From Mesotaenium endlicherianum (taxonomy: Eukaryota), in NCBI GenBank assembly GCA_009602735.1, contig WELA01000646.1, forward strand, positions 1-48,639: 48,639 nucleotides of DNA. The letters are read 5' to 3'. Below are positions 46,101 to 48,639 of this stretch, one piece after another (position 1 is the first letter of the stretch; each line of letters begins with the position of its first letter). The notes beneath the pieces were generated by a model. The model saw only the letters and a program-made list of their open reading frames with translations. It had not been told where the DNA came from and made no database searches. The translations under genes were made by a program, and so were the position numbers.

Positions 46101-47720
46101 ATGAATCGTCTTACCAAATAGGCGATTAATTCTTAATAAAGATCTTTATATCAGCAAGTAATTTTTATGGATTTTTCGTTAACTGATTAAACGGCAAAGG
46201 ACAACACACTAGCAGTGAACAATACTCGTAAACCAAATGCGAGTAAACTAGCATCAATAATGCATTCAGTAAACTCATACATAAGCAAGGTTAGAAGACA
46301 GTGCGTATCAATGGCTTCTCGCCTTGGATTCAGTTCTCTCTCAGTCAGCCGTACAAGAGAGTTGGCCTCGTTTCCGAATGCCGAACTCGAGAGCAATGCC
46401 TAGCATATGTACATGGAATGAGTTTACTGTTCAACGGTCAGTGCGATGGCACCGCCTACCCGGGAGTTAATCACGTTGGTAGGACCTCGGTTAACCAGAT
46501 CCACTGCCATCTCCCATCATCCCGAATCGCCATCCGTCATAGGGATGTCATCTGGCCATTCATCTAGCATACCACACTTAGATGCATATCAAGGCAGTTC
46601 GCTGCTACCGAGTACGGAAGTCAGCTGGCTGTCAAAGAATGTGTCAGCAAGCTGACTTAAGCTGACTTCAGCCTGCTGCATCCGGCTGAGTCATTAAACT
46701 GATACTAAATATAAAGTCCAGCAGACTGACTATTAACTAAAGTTGAGCAGGCTAAACTTAATCTACTATTACATTCAAATGAATATTATATCTACTAATA
46801 TACTGATTCATTACAGGCTAAACTTGATTTACTATTACATTTAAATGAATATTATATCTACTAATATACTGATTCATTACAATCCCTCCAACTGAACTTG
46901 TTGTCGCCTCGACAACATTAAACTGCAAAAGTCTTTGGCCAGGAAACTGAACCTCACCCGCCTCTCCCGGTGACTGCCCCTTCAGCGTTTTGCTTAAAGG
47001 GTTGTTCCTGGGACTTCAGGATCAGGAGACCAAGATCGGGACCTAGATCTGGACAGCCCTCTAGGTCTGTCAGCTGGCCTTCTCAAGAACCCCGTTTGCT
47101 CTAAAGTTGGACCTCGAGGAGAACGAAGGATGGTAGCCTGCTCTTCACCCACTTGGGTGTTGATCCCCACGTAGACAGGCATTCCAGTAGGATGCTGAAA
47201 TACATTGGCTAGAGGTACATGCCCCTGAGCGGAGGGGGAGGCCGGCATACCTCTGGCCCACCCGCGTGTCTCTCTTCTGGCACCCCTCTCCTCTGGGGAT
47301 TTCTGCCTGTGTCTGCTGCCCAGTACAGTCAGATCAGCTTCTTCCCCTGCTTGGGCAGGTGGGCTGGGGGAGCAAGTGCGGGCCAGTTGCCTCCAAGACG
47401 GGGATCACGTTCCAAATACCTGATCGTGGTTCTTTAGGAAGTGCCCCTGCCTGCCCCTGGGTCTCCGGAGTACCAGCTGCTGATGCTTCTCCTCTGCCTT
47501 GTTCTTCTTCCTCATCCTCCTCATCCTCCTCCTTGGAGAGAGTAGGAGTCTCGTCCACTAAGTCGTCCCGCTCCTTAGTAGACATGGAGTAGTCTACCGA
47601 CCTCCCTTTCTTAGGGCGCGCTGGGGGTTGCTTGGCCTTTAGCCTGCTGATATCTATCCGGCCTGCATTCTTTGCCCATTTGACAAAGGCATGCTTTCCC
47701 TTAGAGAAGTAGTCTCTTCC
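46101..47720 (-). mobile_element. Family B copy 3: 3' LTR (46101-46881, missing its terminal 4 nt, with the 66-bp duplication), PPT and 3' part of the extra ORF
   Basis: Homologous to 8927-10473. Confidence 0.95.
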
Positions 47721-48639
47721 TGAAATGAATCGACTTACCAAATAGGCGATTAACAATTAATAAAGATCTTTATATCAGCAAGTAATCTTTATGGTATTTC
47801 CGTTCACTCGTTAAACGGCAAAGGACAATACACTAGCAGGGATTACTACTCGTCAGTCAAATGAGAGTAAACTAGCATCAATAATGCAAATCAATAAACT
47901 CATACATAAGCAAGGTTAGAAGACAGTGCGTATCAATGGCTTCTCGCCTTGGATTCAGATCTCTCTCAGTAAGCTGTACAAGAGAGTTGGCCTCGTTTCC
48001 GAATGCCGAACTCGAGAGCAATGCCTAGCATATGTACATGGAATGAGTTTACTGTTCAACGGTCAGTGCGATGGCACCGCCTACCCGGGAGTTAACCACG
48101 TTGGTAGGACCTCGGTTAACCAAATCCACCGCCATCTCCCATCATCCCGAATAGCCATCCATCATAGGGATGTCATCTGGCTATTCATCTAGCATATCGC
48201 ACTTAGATGCATATCAAGGCAGTTCGCTGCTACCGAGTACGGAAGTCAGCTTGCTGTCAAAGAATGTGTCAGCAAGCTGACTTATATGGACTTTCAGCCT
48301 GCTGCTTTCCACTGAGTCAGCAAACTGATAATTATGTAAAGTCCAGCAGACTGACTATTAAGTAAAGTTCAGCAAACTGACTATTAACTAAAGTCTAGCA
48401 AACTGACTAATAACTAAAGGTCAGCAGGCTGAACTTAATTAACTATTATATTTAAATGAATATTATATCTACTAATATACTGATTCATTACAATCCCTCC
48501 AACTTAACTTGTTGTCGCCTCGACAACATTAAACTGCAAAAGCTTTAAATAAAGAAACTGACCCTGACCAGCCTCCCTTACTGACTGCCTCTTCAGCGTG
48601 TCACCTCAAGGGGTTGTTCCTGGGGCTTCAGGGTCAGGA
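47721..48639 (-). mobile_element. Family B copy 4: 3' LTR (47721-48492), PPT and 3' internal region running off the window, nested in copy 3
   Basis: Intact TGAAATG end interrupts the extra ORF of copy 3. Short internal tandem units at about 48350-48427. Confidence 0.95.

Noticed and set aside
1..48639. CRISPR arrays, rRNA or tRNA genes, tyrosine recombinase
   Set aside because: None seen. Repeats are LTRs or simple repeats, the tRNA-like matches are primer sites, and family A encodes a DDE integrase with no recognisable recombinase in the surviving parts.

Overview
Eukaryotic, transposon-saturated DNA, most likely from a streptophyte alga or early-diverging plant (plant-type 72-nt LRR exons, tRNA-iMet-type primer sites, chromoviruses; the taxon is inferred). 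About 70% of the window is Ty3/gypsy LTR retrotransposon from three families. Family A (copies at 1415-8922 and 41587-46100, minus strand) has a gag(2xCCHC)-protease-C5 cytosine methyltransferase-linker-RT-RNaseH-integrase-PHD finger polyprotein. Its termini are unusual: the repeats read Y...PPT-X-gc-Y-X, and the visible ends lie at an internal palindrome rather than at the PPT-defined LTR start. Family B is a chromovirus (copies at 8923-16746 minus, 16747-24532 plus, 46101-47720 minus, 47721-end minus) with a conserved extra ORF of about 550 aa downstream of pol, preceded by a conserved 106-nt intron. Family D is a nearly intact chromovirus (33606-39761 minus) with a -1 frameshift signal and a fold-back junction beyond its 5' LTR. 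Host sequence includes two decayed LRR exons (470-886), a probable membrane-bound nucleotide-cyclase exon (about 26901-27468), simple repeats and unclassified repeats. All alignments and counts were done by eye.
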